DNA of 64,000 bases, taken from positions 1 to 64,000 of the forward strand of contig NIVC01001443.1 of NCBI GenBank assembly GCA_002269645.1, read 5' to 3'. Position 1 is the first letter of the stretch, and each line of letters starts with the position of its first letter. This document shows, piece after piece, positions 36,501 through 51,126 of this stretch. The stretch is from Macrostomum lignano (taxonomy: Eukaryota). The position numbers and the translations under genes were made by a program. The notes beneath the pieces were generated by a model that saw nothing but the letters and a program-made list of their open reading frames with translations, was not told the origin of the DNA and made no database searches.

Positions 36501-39500
36501 GATTATACGCATGTGGTCCTCCTCGCCGACCCACACTAGGAACGTCTTGCTGTCGTTGTGGTAGATGCCGCGACCCGTCGGCCAGTAGCGGCACGCGTTC
36601 GCCTTCTGCAGGAACCGGTCGCCCTCCTTGAACAAAAAGTGGTCGTCAATCAGCTGCTGCTGCACCTCCTTGGTCATCCCGGTCAGTGGGTAATACGTGC
36701 CCTTCAGCTCGCCCGACATGTCCTTCAGCGTGCCCGACACGAGCTCCTCCAGCTGCTTGTAGTGCTCCTCCGTCATGTTCGGGTTGAACGGGAACTGCTT
36801 CACCGACCTGCCGCACCGGATTCGGGTCGACACGACGTACTTTCCCTCCGGGTCCACGTCACCGAACTGGTTCGGGTCGCCCAGCGTGCACGGCGGGTGC
36901 CTGTCAGTCCGCTTGAAGCCTCCATGGTACTCCTCGATGATCGGGTCGAACAGGTCGGCGAACACCGTGTACGCCTCGGCGTCGGGAGCGTAGACACCCA
37001 CTCCGGAGTCGGGGTTCTCCACGCCTGAAAACAGTAATTTGCTTCACTTAATCCAATGCTGTTACACCCTTTTGCAGCACCACAAAATACGTACTACAGC
37101 GCCGTAAAACCACATGTGTCCCCTTCTGCTCAATTGCACCCTAACCAAAAACTCATACCCAACTAGCTCAGAAGAGACTGCTCAAAAGATTATACTTAAA
37201 GGGTTCAGAAACCGTAAAAATATGCTTCATCTGCATGCTCTTCATCAAGAATAACCTATCAGTAACAAGTAAATACATCAGGCTTATCAACAACTCCAGT
37301 ACCAACCCTTATTTGTAAGTAAATCAATTTGTACTAAATGATACACCAGTGTGAATCGAAACAGATACACCAGTCTGAATCAAAACTGATACACCAGTCT
37401 GAATCAAAACTGATACACCAGTCTGAATCAAAACTGATACACCAGTCTGAATCAAAACCGATACACCAGTGTGAATCAAAACCGATACACCAGAGTGAAT
37501 CGAAACAGATACACCAGTCTGAATCAAAACTGACACACTAAACGGCACAATGACAACCAGGTACTTAAGGACCTTTAATTAGTTCAGTGAAATTCCCCTT
37601 TAAGGTACAAAGAATGCATGCACAGTTGAATGAGAACCGTGGTCACTAATGTATTACTGCGTTAATTTTGTCAGCAAAAACAATATCCGTGCATTGTTGA
37701 AAATTGTAAGCAAATGCCGGTATGAATACTTCAGTTTTAGCAATGCGTACAATTCAATAAACACGTGAAAGAACCAAGAAATCAGAGTCTCCTCACCAGA
37801 CTGGATCACGTCCTTCAGAGTTGATCCGAATGACGGAGTGCTCATGTTCTTGAGCTTGTCGACCACCTCCTTGTGAGGTGCTTCTTCAGCAGTGAGTGGC
37901 AAGTGGCGTCGCCCTGCAGCTTCTGGTAGCCGGCTTCGATGTAGCTGACGACCTCGGTGTCGACGCCTTGCTCGAGCGCCTTCTCCATGCGGATGAGCTC
38001 GGCGATGCCGTGGTTCATCTTGCTGACAGCATCGAACTCGGTGAGACCCATGCGCTCCTTGTTGGAGATGTCGTAGAGTCCGCCGACAGCCTCGGAGTGC
38101 TCACCGGCTGAGCCGCGCACCTGCAGCTGGAACCGGTCGGCCACGCGCTGCAGAGCTTCCTGGCCTCCAGCGGCCAGCTTGGGCAGCTTGATGTGCACCG
38201 AGGCGCGGATCGTGGTGCCCAGGTTCGTCGGGCAGAAGGTCAGGAAGCCGAGACGCTCGTCGTGGCTAAACGCCATCCGCTTCTCGATCTCGTTCACCGC
38301 GTTCACCAGCCGGCCGTAGACCTCCCGGATGCAGCCTCCCTTCTGCATCGAGATTATACGCATGTGGTCCTCCTCGCCGACCCACACTAGGAACGTCTTG
38401 CTGTCGTTGTGGTAGATGCCGCGACCCGTCGGCCAGTAGCGGCACGCGTTCGCCTTCTGCAGGAACCGGTCGCCCTCCTTGAACAAAAAGTGGTCGTCAA
38501 TCAGCTGCTGCTGCACCTCCTTGGTCATCCCGGTCAGTGGGTAATACGTGCCCTTCAGCTCGCCCGACATGTCCTTCAGCGTGCCCGACACGAGCTCCTC
38601 CAGCTGCTTGTAGTGCTCCTCCGTCATGTTCGGGTTGAACGGGAACTGCTTCACCGACCTGCCGCACCGGATTCGGGTCGACACGACGTACTTTCCCTCC
38701 GGGTCCACGTCACCGAACTGGTTCGGGTCGCCCAGCGTGCACGGCGGGTGCCTGTCAGTCCGCTTGAAGCCTCCATGGTACTCCTCGATGATCGGGTCGA
38801 ACAGGTCGGCGAACACCGTGTACGCCTCGGCGTCGGGAGCGTAGACACCCACTCCGGAGTCGGGGTTCTCCACGCCTGAAAACAGTAATTTGCTTCACTT
38901 AATCCAATGCTGTTACACCCTTTTGCAGCACCACAAAATACGTACTACAGCGCCGTAAAACCACATGTGTCCCCTTCTGCTCAATTGCACCCTAACCAAA
39001 AACTCATACCCAACTAGCTCAGAAGAGACTGCTCAAAAGATTATACTTAAAGGGTTCAGAAACCGTAAAAATATGCTTCATCTGCATGCTCTTCATCAAG
39101 AATAACCTATCAGTAACAAGTAAATACATCAGGCTTATCAACAACTCCAGTACCAACCCTTATTTGTAAGTAAATCAATTTGTACTAAATGATACACCAG
39201 TGTGAATCGAAACAGATACACCAGTCTGAATCAAAACTGATACACCAGTCTGAATCAAAACTGATACACCAGTCTGAATCAAAACTGATACACCAGTCTG
39301 AATCAAAACCGATACACCAGTGTGAATCAAAACCGATACACCAGAGTGAATCGAAACAGATACACCAGTCTGAATCAAAACTGACACACTAAACGGCACA
39401 ATGACAACCAGGTACTTAAGGACCTTTAATTAGTTCAGTGAAATTCCCCTTTAAGGTACAAAGAATGCATGCACAGTTGAATGAGAACCGTGGTCACTAA

Positions 39501-42500
39501 TGTATTACTGCGTTAATTTTGTCAGCAAAAACAATATCCGTGCATTGTTGAAAATTGTAAGCAAATGCCGGTATGAATACTTCAGTTTTAGCAATGCGTA
39601 CAATTCAATAAACACGTGAAAGAACCAAGAAATCAGAGTCTCCTCACCAGACTGGATCACGTCCTTCAGAGTTGATCCGAATGACGGAGTGCTCATGTTC
39701 TTGAGCTTGTCGACCACCTCCTTGGTGAGGTGCTTCTTCAGCAGTGAGTGGCAAGTGGCGTCGCCCTGCAGCTTCTGGTAGCCGGCTTCGATGTAGCTGA
39801 CGACCTCGGTGTCGACGCCTTGCTCGAGCGCCTTCTCCATGCGGATGAGCTCGGCGATGCCGTGGTTCATCTTGCTGACAGCATCGAACTCGGTGAGACC
39901 CATGCGCTCCTTGTTGGAGATGTCGTAGAGTCCGCCGACAGCCTCGGAGTGCTCACCGGCTGAGCCGCGCACCTGCAGCTGGAACCGGTCGGCCACGCGC
40001 TGCAGAGCTTCCTGGCCTCCAGCGGCCAGCTTGGGCAGCTTGATGTGCACCGAGGCGCGGATCGTGGTGCCCAGGTTCGTCGGGCAGAAGGTCAGGAAGC
40101 CGAGACGCTCGTCGTGGCTAAACGCCATCCGCTTCTCGATCTCGTTCACCGCGTTCACCAGCCGGCCGTAGACCTCCCGGATGCAGCCTCCCTTCTGCAT
40201 CGAGATTATACGCATGTGGTCCTCCTCGCCGACCCACACTAGGAACGTCTTGCTGTCGTTGTGGTAGATGCCGCGACCCGTCGGCCAGTAGCGGCACGCG
40301 TTCGCCTTCTGCAGGAACCGGTCGCCCTCCTTGAACAAAAAGTGGTCGTCAATCAGCTGCTGCTGCACCTCCTTGGTCATCCCGGTCAGTGGGTAATACG
40401 TGCCCTTCAGCTCGCCCGACATGTCCTTCAGCGTGCCCGACACGAGCTCCTCCAGCTGCTTGTAGTGCTCCTCCGTCATGTTCGGGTTGAACGGGAACTG
40501 CTTCACCGACCTGCCGCACCGGATTCGGGTCGACACGACGTACTTTCCCTCCGGGTCCACGTCACCGAACTGGTTCGGGTCGCCCAGCGTGCACGGCGGG
40601 TGCCTGTCAGTCCGCTTGAAGCCTCCATGGTACTCCTCGATGATCGGGTCGAACAGGTCGGCGAACACCGTGTACGCCTCGGCGTCGGGAGCGTAGACAC
40701 CCACTCCGGAGTCGGGGTTCTCCACGCCTGAAAACAGTAATTTGCTTCACTTAATCCAATGCTGTTACACCCTTTTGCAGCACCACAAAATACGTACTAC
40801 AGCGCCGTAAAACCACATGTGTCCCCTTCTGCTCAATTGCACCCTAACCAAAAACTCATACCCAACTAGCTCAGAAGAGACTGCTCAAAAGATTATACTT
40901 AAAGGGTTCAGAAACCGTAAAAATATGCTTCATCTGCATGCTCTTCATCAAGAATAACCTATCAGTAACAAGTAAATACATCAGGCTTATCAACAACTCC
41001 AGTACCAACCCTTATTTGTAAGTAAATCAATTTGTACTAAATGATACACCAGTGTGAATCGAAACAGATACACCAGTCTGAATCAAAACTGATACACCAG
41101 TCTGAATCAAAACTGATACACCAGTCTGAATCAAAACTGATACACCAGTCTGAATCAAAACCGATACACCAGTGTGAATCAAAACCGATACACCAGAGTG
41201 AATCGAAACAGATACACCAGTCTGAATCAAAACTGACACACTAAACGGCACAATGACAACCAGGTACTTAAGGACCTTTAATTAGTTCAGTGAAATTCCC
41301 CTTTAAGGTACAAAGAATGCATGCACAGTTGAATGAGAACCGTGGTCACTAATGTATTACTGCGTTAATTTTGTCAGCAAAAACAATATCCGTGCATTGT
41401 TGAAAATTGTAAGCAAATGCCGGTATGAATACTTCAGTTTTAGCAATGCGTACAATTCAATAAACACGTGAAAGAACCAAGAAATCAGAGTCTCCTCACC
41501 AGACTGGATCACGTCCTTCAGAGTTGATCCGAATGACGGAGTGCTCATGTTCTTGAGCTTGTCGACCACCTCCTTGGTGAGGTGCTTCTTCAGCAGTGAG
41601 TGGCAAGTGGCGTCGCCCTGCAGCTTCTGGTAGCCGGCTTCGATGTAGCTGACGACCTCGGTGTCGACGCCTTGCTCGAGCGCCTTCTCCATGCGGATGA
41701 GCTCGGCGATGCCGTGGTTCATCTTGCTGACAGCATCGAACTCGGTGAGACCCATGCGCTCCTTGTTGGAGATGTCGTAGAGTCCGCCGACAGCCTCGGA
41801 GTGCTCACCGGCTGAGCCGCGCACCTGCAGCTGGAACCGGTCGGCCACGCGCTGCAGAGCTTCCTGGCCTCCAGCGGCCAGCTTGGGCAGCTTGATGTGC
41901 ACCGAGGCGCGGATCGTGGTGCCCAGGTTCGTCGGGCAGAAGGTCAGGAAGCCGAGACGCTCGTCGTGGCTAAACGCCATCCGCTTCTCGATCTCGTTCA
42001 CCGCGTTCACCAGCCGGCCGTAGACCTCCCGGATGCAGCCTCCCTTCTGCATCGAGATTATACGCATGTGGTCCTCCTCGCCGACCCACACTAGGAACGT
42101 CTTGCTGTCGTTGTGGTAGATGCCGCGACCCGTCGGCCAGTAGCGGCACGCGTTCGCCTTCTGCAGGAACCGGTCGCCCTCCTTGAACAAAAAGTGGTCG
42201 TCAATCAGCTGCTGCTGCACCTCCTTGGTCATCCCGGTCAGTGGGTAATACGTGCCCTTCAGCTCGCCCGACATGTCCTTCAGCGTGCCCGACACGAGCT
42301 CCTCCAGCTGCTTGTAGTGCTCCTCCGTCATGTTCGGGTTGAACGGGAACTGCTTCACCGACCTGCCGCACCGGATTCGGGTCGACACGACGTACTTTCC
42401 CTCCGGGTCCACGTCACCGAACTGGTTCGGGTCGCCCAGCGTGCACGGCGGGTGCCTGTCAGTCCGCTTGAAGCCTCCATGGTACTCCTCGATGATCGGG

Positions 42501-43375
42501 TCGAACAGGTCGGCGAACACCGTGTACGCCTCGGCGTCGGGAGCGTAGACACCCACTCCGGAGTCGGGGTTCTCCACGCCTGTCATAGTGTTTTGGGGTT
42601 TGTTTTGAATGCACACAACACTTCGTGATTGAGATTTAGTCTCTTGTGATTCCTATTACCTGACTGAATGACATCTTTTAGGGTGGATCCAAAAGTGGCC
42701 GTCTTCAGGCCCTTTAGTTTTTGCAGCACCTCGGCAGTAAGATGTTTTTTTAGCAGGGACTTGCAGTTGGGATCGGATTGCAGCTTTTGGAATCCATCCT
42801 CGAGATAGGCAATGACGGCTGGGTCCACCTCGTTGCTCGCGCCGCTATGGGGGAGAATTTGTTTAATTTTTGCTTAGATATAGTTCGTTTAGTATAAAAA
42901 TAAATTAATTAAACTGCATTACCTGTTATGATTCATGATTCATGAAGGAATATTTTAGTTTATTTTGTGTGTAGTAGTATAAGTAGTAGTTCATGCATGC
43001 ACTCAGATTTTTTGTTGTTTTGATTGTTTTGAAATTGGATTTTACGTTATTTATGGGAGCGGAACAGCCAGGATAGACAGATTAAAAAGCTTTCTAAAAC
43101 AAAATGTCGAAGCAAGGTCAAAAGAATTGGTGTCTCTCATGCAGCTTCATTTGAAACTGGTTTAACGGAAATAATAGCATTCACACATTCATAGGAGAGG
43201 ATTATGCAGTTAGTAGTTCCCCGTGACTTGACATGCAAGAGTTTTGAAAGCAACTGCAGCATGTCAGCACAATCTCCTTACTATCATTAGGGACTACTTA
43301 CCCACTAACCGGTTGAGCATCTGCCGGTCTCGCCTGACCTCTTTGACCTCCTCGGCCTTTAAATAAGTTCCCCAT
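30561..43375 (-). CDS. Multi-domain arginine-kinase-type phosphagen (ATP:guanido) kinase with 7 concatenated domains, ~2530-2550 aa if the 1-bp deletion at ~37873 is an error
   Basis: First exon 43375-43302 (or 42936-42923), exon 42844-42660, then catalytic exons 42579-41500, 40727-39648, 38875-37797, 37024-35945, 35172-34093, 33320-32241 (1080 nt each, one 1079) and last exon 31468-30561. All catalytic introns are phase 1 (QSG|VENPDSG). Motifs: [58 protein letters not shown]. Confidence 0.9.
30589..42582 (-). repeat. Near-perfect tandem array of a 1852-bp unit (1080-bp exon + 772-bp intron), ~6.5 copies
   Basis: ORF starts recur at 31466, 33318, 35170, 37022, 38873, 40725 (spacing 1852, once 1851). 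Exon and intron sequences look identical by eye except a 1-bp deletion (~37873) and a C>A at ~30854. Confidence 0.97.
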
Positions 43376-44454
43376 TTTGACGAGCTGTCTTGTAGGATTA
43401 GACAGTTAAGGAGTTCACTCGAAGGGAACTAAACTTAGTCGAATGGGAGTGGCTTGTGTGATTGATCGGCGCTCCCAGCTTGGCAGTGGCTGCACAGGAG
43501 TGGACACAGTGTGATCTGTGCAGGCAGGCAATGAAATCTCAGGCGCTGCGGGAGGTGTTGGGGTTGTGTCTGAGCTAAAATACGCGGCGGAATCGGGGGA
43601 GTGGGGGTTAGGCTCTCGTAGGACTGGGGGAGGGCCTGCCGCACATGCGTTGAATTAAGTGTACATTATCGGTTGATAATCTTCTTGAGATTGGTTGTTA
43701 CATTGAGACGTGTTGGTCGTCTCGCTGAGTGAGCATAAGGAGGAACAAGATAAGAAGGAATGAGGCAGTTCATTTAAAACATTTGTTAGTGTAAATATGA
43801 CAGCTGCGAAGATTTGTACTTGTCTGCATTGGCACCCAACCCCGCTGTTTATTTGCGTGATGCAAACTAAAGAAACGTCACGCCAAATGTACATGGCATA
43901 TATAAGCGAGTGTACGCGGTGACTGCATGGGTTGGTTGGTTGAGCAAATATTAAACTGCGGTCTGGTTTAGGGACTTGGCGGTGTCAACGGCAAGGCGCG
44001 GGCAAGTGCAGCAAAAAGAGAAGGGAGGTAGGGGGACCCTGATCAACATGTTTGCTGTCAAAGGGTAAAAAATTCGACTAAATAAAAACACGCTAGGTGG
44101 ATAATGCGCGCATATCTCTGGTTAAGAAATCGACTCCGCATGCAAAACGCAATTTAAAGCTATTTTTCATATATACTCAAGTCCCAGCTCCTGGACAAGA
44201 GCCAGAAGAATTTGACAAAACCTACTGAGTTATACCAAGGACGCATTCAAACTGTATTGCGCATATCATATGCGTAGTGCGAATCTCTAAGAAACAGTCT
44301 GTTATATGTGTCAATCAAAGAGAACTTACATCGTTACCGGATCCATCGTTTTAAATAGTTTTTTTGGAACCAAGAGTCAACACTGGGTTTACCCAAGAAA
44401 GCAGAGCTTTGTCCCTATAGGAACTCTACAAAAAAGACTGAGATTGATGTCTAA

Positions 44455-45250
44455 CTAGCTAATGAGAGGAAAAGCTGCTGAAGCGCGGTTCTGGAGGAAG
44501 ATTAGGGCAGCAAAAGAGGATCCGTGGATCCGGAGTGGATGAAGTTGAAATAGGCGAAGCCAAGGCCTCCCCTGTGCGCAAGCCGGTATGGGGAAGTCAT
44601 GGGGTTGCAGAAGGGCCGGCGCAGCCGCGCAGATTGCAGGCCTTGCCAGTCTCGAAGAGCTTCCGCGTACAGACACGCAGCAGCTGCTTGCCAGCAGCCC
44701 ATCGTCTGTCTGGATGGCGATCTTCTAAAATCAGAGTGCACAGCAAAAGCAGAAAGTGGGGATTTATGGCTCAGCGTACGTCTGGCATCTGCGTCGCTTG
44801 GGGACGGGCAAGGGAAGAATGTTTCTTGGAGATCAAAGCTTTTGGAGGGCTCCTACCCGTTCGCTCCAGCATCCGACAAGCAGCAGAATGCGGTCACGAA
44901 GTATTGACCCAAAAATTCTGTCTGTTCCACCGTTGCCCCTATAACCCCCCCCACAGCGCACAGCACGGGCCAGGCCATCGAATGCCATTTCCCAGCGGTG
45001 CAGATTTTTCAAAGGTTATTCCTCCTTCCTTTTGCCTACTGCCTTGCCTGTAGACCACACCTTCGTGGCCTTTTGCTAAGCATTGATCCGTTTATCCTCC
45101 ACAGTTTTCTGGGTTGGCTCCGCTAGAATTTTTCTGTTTGTAGAGATCTTGAAATGTGGTGATTTGTGCCACATTTTTCGGTTTCTTCATTTAATTTTTT
45201 CTGGTCTGTTCTGGTTTTGATACTCGTATCTGTCTGCTTTGTGTGGTCTC
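44455..45250 (+). mobile_element. Possible degraded LINE ORF2 3' remnant
   Basis: GC-rich island in AT-rich DNA with broken frames (RFWRKIRAAK; LWLSVRLASASLG) and a simple-sequence 3' end. No RT core motif visible. Confidence 0.2.
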
Positions 45251-47213
45251 GGTCTGTCTAGTCTTGTGTGCTGATTCTGTAAATTGTAACGCAATGCGAC
45301 ATATTTTAAATTATAATATACATGTATACTTGTATGCGTAGTAATTTAACCATGCTGCATATCAAATTGCCCCCTAAACTGAACACTAGCGTATGTAAAA
45401 TTTGGAGCGGCGGGAAAGATTAGATTCGGGTGGCGCCATGCTGTGTATGTGCTGCTTTGGCACCTGCAGTTGCAGGTCTCTGTATGCATTGATCACATGC
45501 AAGTGCCGACTCGTATGCGACTATTTACACGATTCGGTAAGTTGTCGGTAGCGACTGCGAGGTACGCATGCATTGATGATATGGTATAAAACAACGCACC
45601 GTCCCTGCACCACGTGTCTACCTGTAGTATCGTTATCTCATGATCACTGCAAAATTAGAGACGACAAGCAAGCACAAAATCGTGGAGCTATACAAGCGTA
45701 TTGTCAATTTTGTTTATTTGCTTTCAAAGTCGGTTTGCACGACGCGGTATCAGATTTATAGTGAAGCTGTTATGTGTCAGAATCAGCCAACAGACAAGCA
45801 TAAACAATTAATCAAAAGCATCACTTAATTTTGCTCGTGCAGTCACAAAAAATTGGATCACTTAAAAACTTCGTGTCTGTTTCATGAAGATATTTAGTGA
45901 TAACGTATAAAAGTAAACCAAGGTTAACTGGTCCGCGGAACGGTCTTAAATTCAGGTTAGTAACTACGGACAGCGGTTCATTAAAAAGTTATCAGCTAAA
46001 CCTAACTGATCTGATCTGGATAGACGTGTCTCATGGTTACTCAGACCGAATATCAGCTTCATTTTATCCGGAGTCTATTACCAAGAAATAGTTAGCAAGA
46101 GATAAAACTCACTCAAAGCCTTAGCAACTAATCTTGTACTTCTGAAATCGGGTATCGAGAATGCATACCCGAGAATGGGGATTTGGCTCTATCAAGCAAA
46201 ATTTGCTCGTATAACGGCCATACATCATATGTGAATATGAATACCAGTTATATGTTACACTGATCGATTCTCTACTCTACAAGGGACTGTACATGTAGGA
46301 ACCATTCGGGATTATAGTCCTGAGAATCCCTTTAGACGATTGAGCTGCTGCATTTCCTTATTTCCATATTCCAAATGTATATACGTATAATAAAAATAAA
46401 CCCACAAAAATTACTGCTGAATTGACACGCACATGTTAAGGATGTTGATATATATACGAGCTTATGTCAGAATATGCGTGAATTTATTGAGGTTTGCATG
46501 TACTCATCCCGTCATCCCGATCCTCAACAGAAAAATATATACACAGCTGCGATGCATGGGTCGTTTGCATTCATCAACATTATAGGCATTTACGTTTGTA
46601 AAGCCCATCGATCGAGTGCTTTGATGTATATAGATAAAAAGACATATGCATGCATCATTGCGTCAATATCGTGGGTATAGCAAATCTCTACCATGGCAGC
46701 TTATATGGCTAATATCATGGAGGAAAGATAATATATAGACATCTGGCTCATCTGACGTCCAATGACCACAGCAGACAGTCAGATACATACAGACATAACA
46801 TGCTCATGCCTCATTCGACAAACAATGCACATGTACCATGGGGGCATTATTTCACAGTACATCAATACAATTAATATATCACACATCTTGTACATGTAAA
46901 TGTGCATTAATCTATTATTGCCAACACTCACAAGTCTCGTAATGACAGCAAATGTACCAAAAATTCTACTTAATTAGCTATCGTATAAAACAATCTAAAC
47001 ACAGACTTGAACCATTAAAAACTCTTGAAATCATTCATCTGTAGGGTCTTTTGAAGTTCCGAGGGGTCGAACCAGCCTAAAAATGGCTGAGCAGGTTTAA
47101 AGCAAAAAAGTAATGCTTCTCTCAGCTAGCTTCCATGAAATTCTATATTTCGAGTCCTTCGGTTCTGTTTCTAGCTGTTTGCCTGCACATCCTTTTGATT
47201 GTAATCACCTTTA

Positions 47214-48618
<1,405 letters not shown>

Positions 48619-49247
48619 TAGGTTGTTACAATTTGTTTTAATTTACTTAGTTCATTATTCGATAAGTTTTTAAACACCTCAAAACCCAACCAGAAATCGC
48701 GCGAGAGATCCAGTAGTCAATCATCTTAGATCTTGTCGGCGTCGGCGACGAATAGGCCTAGGTTTAATTCGATTCGACGATTCGATACATGATCTGCGAG
48801 TCTTCAACCTCTCCTTTCTTGGTAGTGGTATTGTCGTATTGAGAGAATATAGTAATTAGTAAGCACAGCTTTTCGTCTCTTGCGAGCTTGACTGTTGGTG
48901 TTTTGCATGATCAGTCTCACTCACCCACCCGGCCACCCCATGCCATCTCCTTCGGCCTCATTCATCTATGCTGTATGGTCGTGGTGTAGTGTAATCAGTG
49001 TAGACGTGCCGTGTAGTTTATAGTGTAGCTACATTTGTGTGTGTAATACTCACGTCATACAAAGAAAATGACATGATGTGGCTGGTGCATAAAATACTAG
49101 GCTTACATCTTACATGATAAAAACTAAGAAGGCAACACTTGACATACCTTCATACCTTGCAATACAAATTTTATACATGACATGGCAGCATAGTACTGGG
49201 CTAGCTATCTTAATTTTATAAAACCTATTTGCTATGCATCAATGATC

Positions 49248-49740
49248 CCATAGTGTGGATCATGCTAAGTGCACGCGAGAAACGACCCAAAGCTAATTCC
49301 CAAAAGCACGCCGACGACAAGCGAATGCACGCCGATAAATTAAAATTCAAATTGAATACAAAAAACGTATTTTAAATTGCATTGTGTAAAACAAAGCAAC
49401 AAACGATGTACAAAAGAAATGATATATCTTTAAAAACGTGTATTTCTCATACATTAATTTATTTAACAGTCTTATACACTGTTTATTTATAATAGTTTTT
49501 TTTCAAAAGTTAAATGCAATAATACGTATTTTATGTCTGCTTACCATTGCATTGGCAGCTTTGCCACATCAGGTGCCAGGCACGCGGCACGCGGCGCATG
49601 CCAGGCACGCCAGTGTATTTATGTAGTGTGCATTATGCACGCCAAATGCACGCCACTTACCTAATCGCACGCCGGTGCACGCCACTTTTGAAAATGCACG
49701 CGGGAAAATTCTCGCGTGCACTACATGATCTACACTATGG
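49248..49740. mobile_element. 493-bp MITE with ~34-bp TIRs and 8-bp TSD
   Basis: TIRs CCATAGTGTGGATCATGCTAAGTGCACGCGAGAA / reverse complement CCATAGTGTAGATCATGTAGTGCACGCGAGAA. TSD CAATGATC at 49240-49247 and 49741-49748. Many internal GCACGCC motifs. Confidence 0.85.
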
Positions 49741-51126
49741 CAATGATCTATATTGTTAAATATCAAATCAAATATTTGAATAGTCCTATATATCACTTAG
49801 GTGAAACTGTAATGAGTTTTGACTAAATATTTTTTTAGTTTTCAATAATATCAAGTAGGCCTAGTAAATATGATAAAATTTTTATAAAACTCTAAAGTAA
49901 ACAAAAAAGAAATATTTTTAATAGGCCTAGCTTAATCTTTAGTTAGGATATTTAATTTTGTGAAGAAAATTTTGAGAGACCAAGCAAAACAAAGGACCAA
50001 TAGAATAAAGGCCTATCTTTCCATTTTAGATCTAAACCCTCCTTTAGATTTACCTTTTTCATTTGTACTATTGAGATTAGGCCCTAAATTGAACCATAAG
50101 CCTAGTGCAAAAGGATTCCCATGTACAACAGAAGGTAAATATCAATTTTAGCCTATTATATATGACAGCAAGATGTGTGGGTTCCCCAACAGATATTCAC
50201 CCCGACAGATATTTTTTCTTTGGGCAGATAATTCAAACAAAAAATGAATTCATGTTTCGGGATGCATTCCTTACTCTGACGCCATATTTAGCTTTAAAAA
50301 TTTGTAAGCAGAAATTTTTTGTCCCAAAGAAAAAAAAATTGGGATGAATGCAAAGTGTGTCAAAAGACGAATTCATTGGCACCCCTTACAAACACATTTT
50401 GGAAGCAAATATCTCGGGAAATACAAAAGGGAATAATGTGTCTAAGATGTCATTGCAAAGCTGAGACATGCGTCAAGAAGTAATAAAAGTTTCAGAGCAA
50501 ATTATTGAAGCATTGAGACATAGCGATAAATCAAAGTTTTTGTTGATCAACAATCTTCAACCAAGATAAACCAAAACTTTGCTCCTTGCTTATTGGGCAT
50601 CCTAAAGGGGGCACTAGATTACTAGTGGAATTTAGCATGCTAGCTTGAGTTTTATTCAATGTAATTTAAAAAAAACAAAATAATATTTTTCATTGGATAA
50701 AATTAAATAAGTTTAATACGTATTAGGTCTAATTAAGTTTAATTATGTATTAGGTCTATATGTATTAAGCTACAAAAAGATATTTAGATTTTTTGAATGA
50801 TATAGATCTTAACTAAGGATTATCTAGTAAAGTTAAAGCTTAATATATAATTAAATGATATATTATTTTTGTGCAGATGTAGATAAATGATTTTCCAAAA
50901 TATCTAATATATACCTATTGGCAATATGCTACTTTATCCTGTTATTTTATAACTTTGTTTTTAATGCTTTTTCTTTGTATCATTAAAATATCAATCAACA
51001 TTTAATTAAAATTCAAAATTCAGCAATAAATTTGTTCCTAAATATTTTTTTATGTTGCAGAAATTACTTAAGGCCTGATCGCGCTACTTATCAGTAGGCA
51101 TTTAGAGAATATTCAGCTAAAATAGA

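Noticed and set aside
30561-42616. Seven separate tandem kinase genes
   Set aside because: The ORF 'starts' are GTG codons after an acceptor, and units lack their own N-terminus, promoter or stop. They only make sense spliced together.
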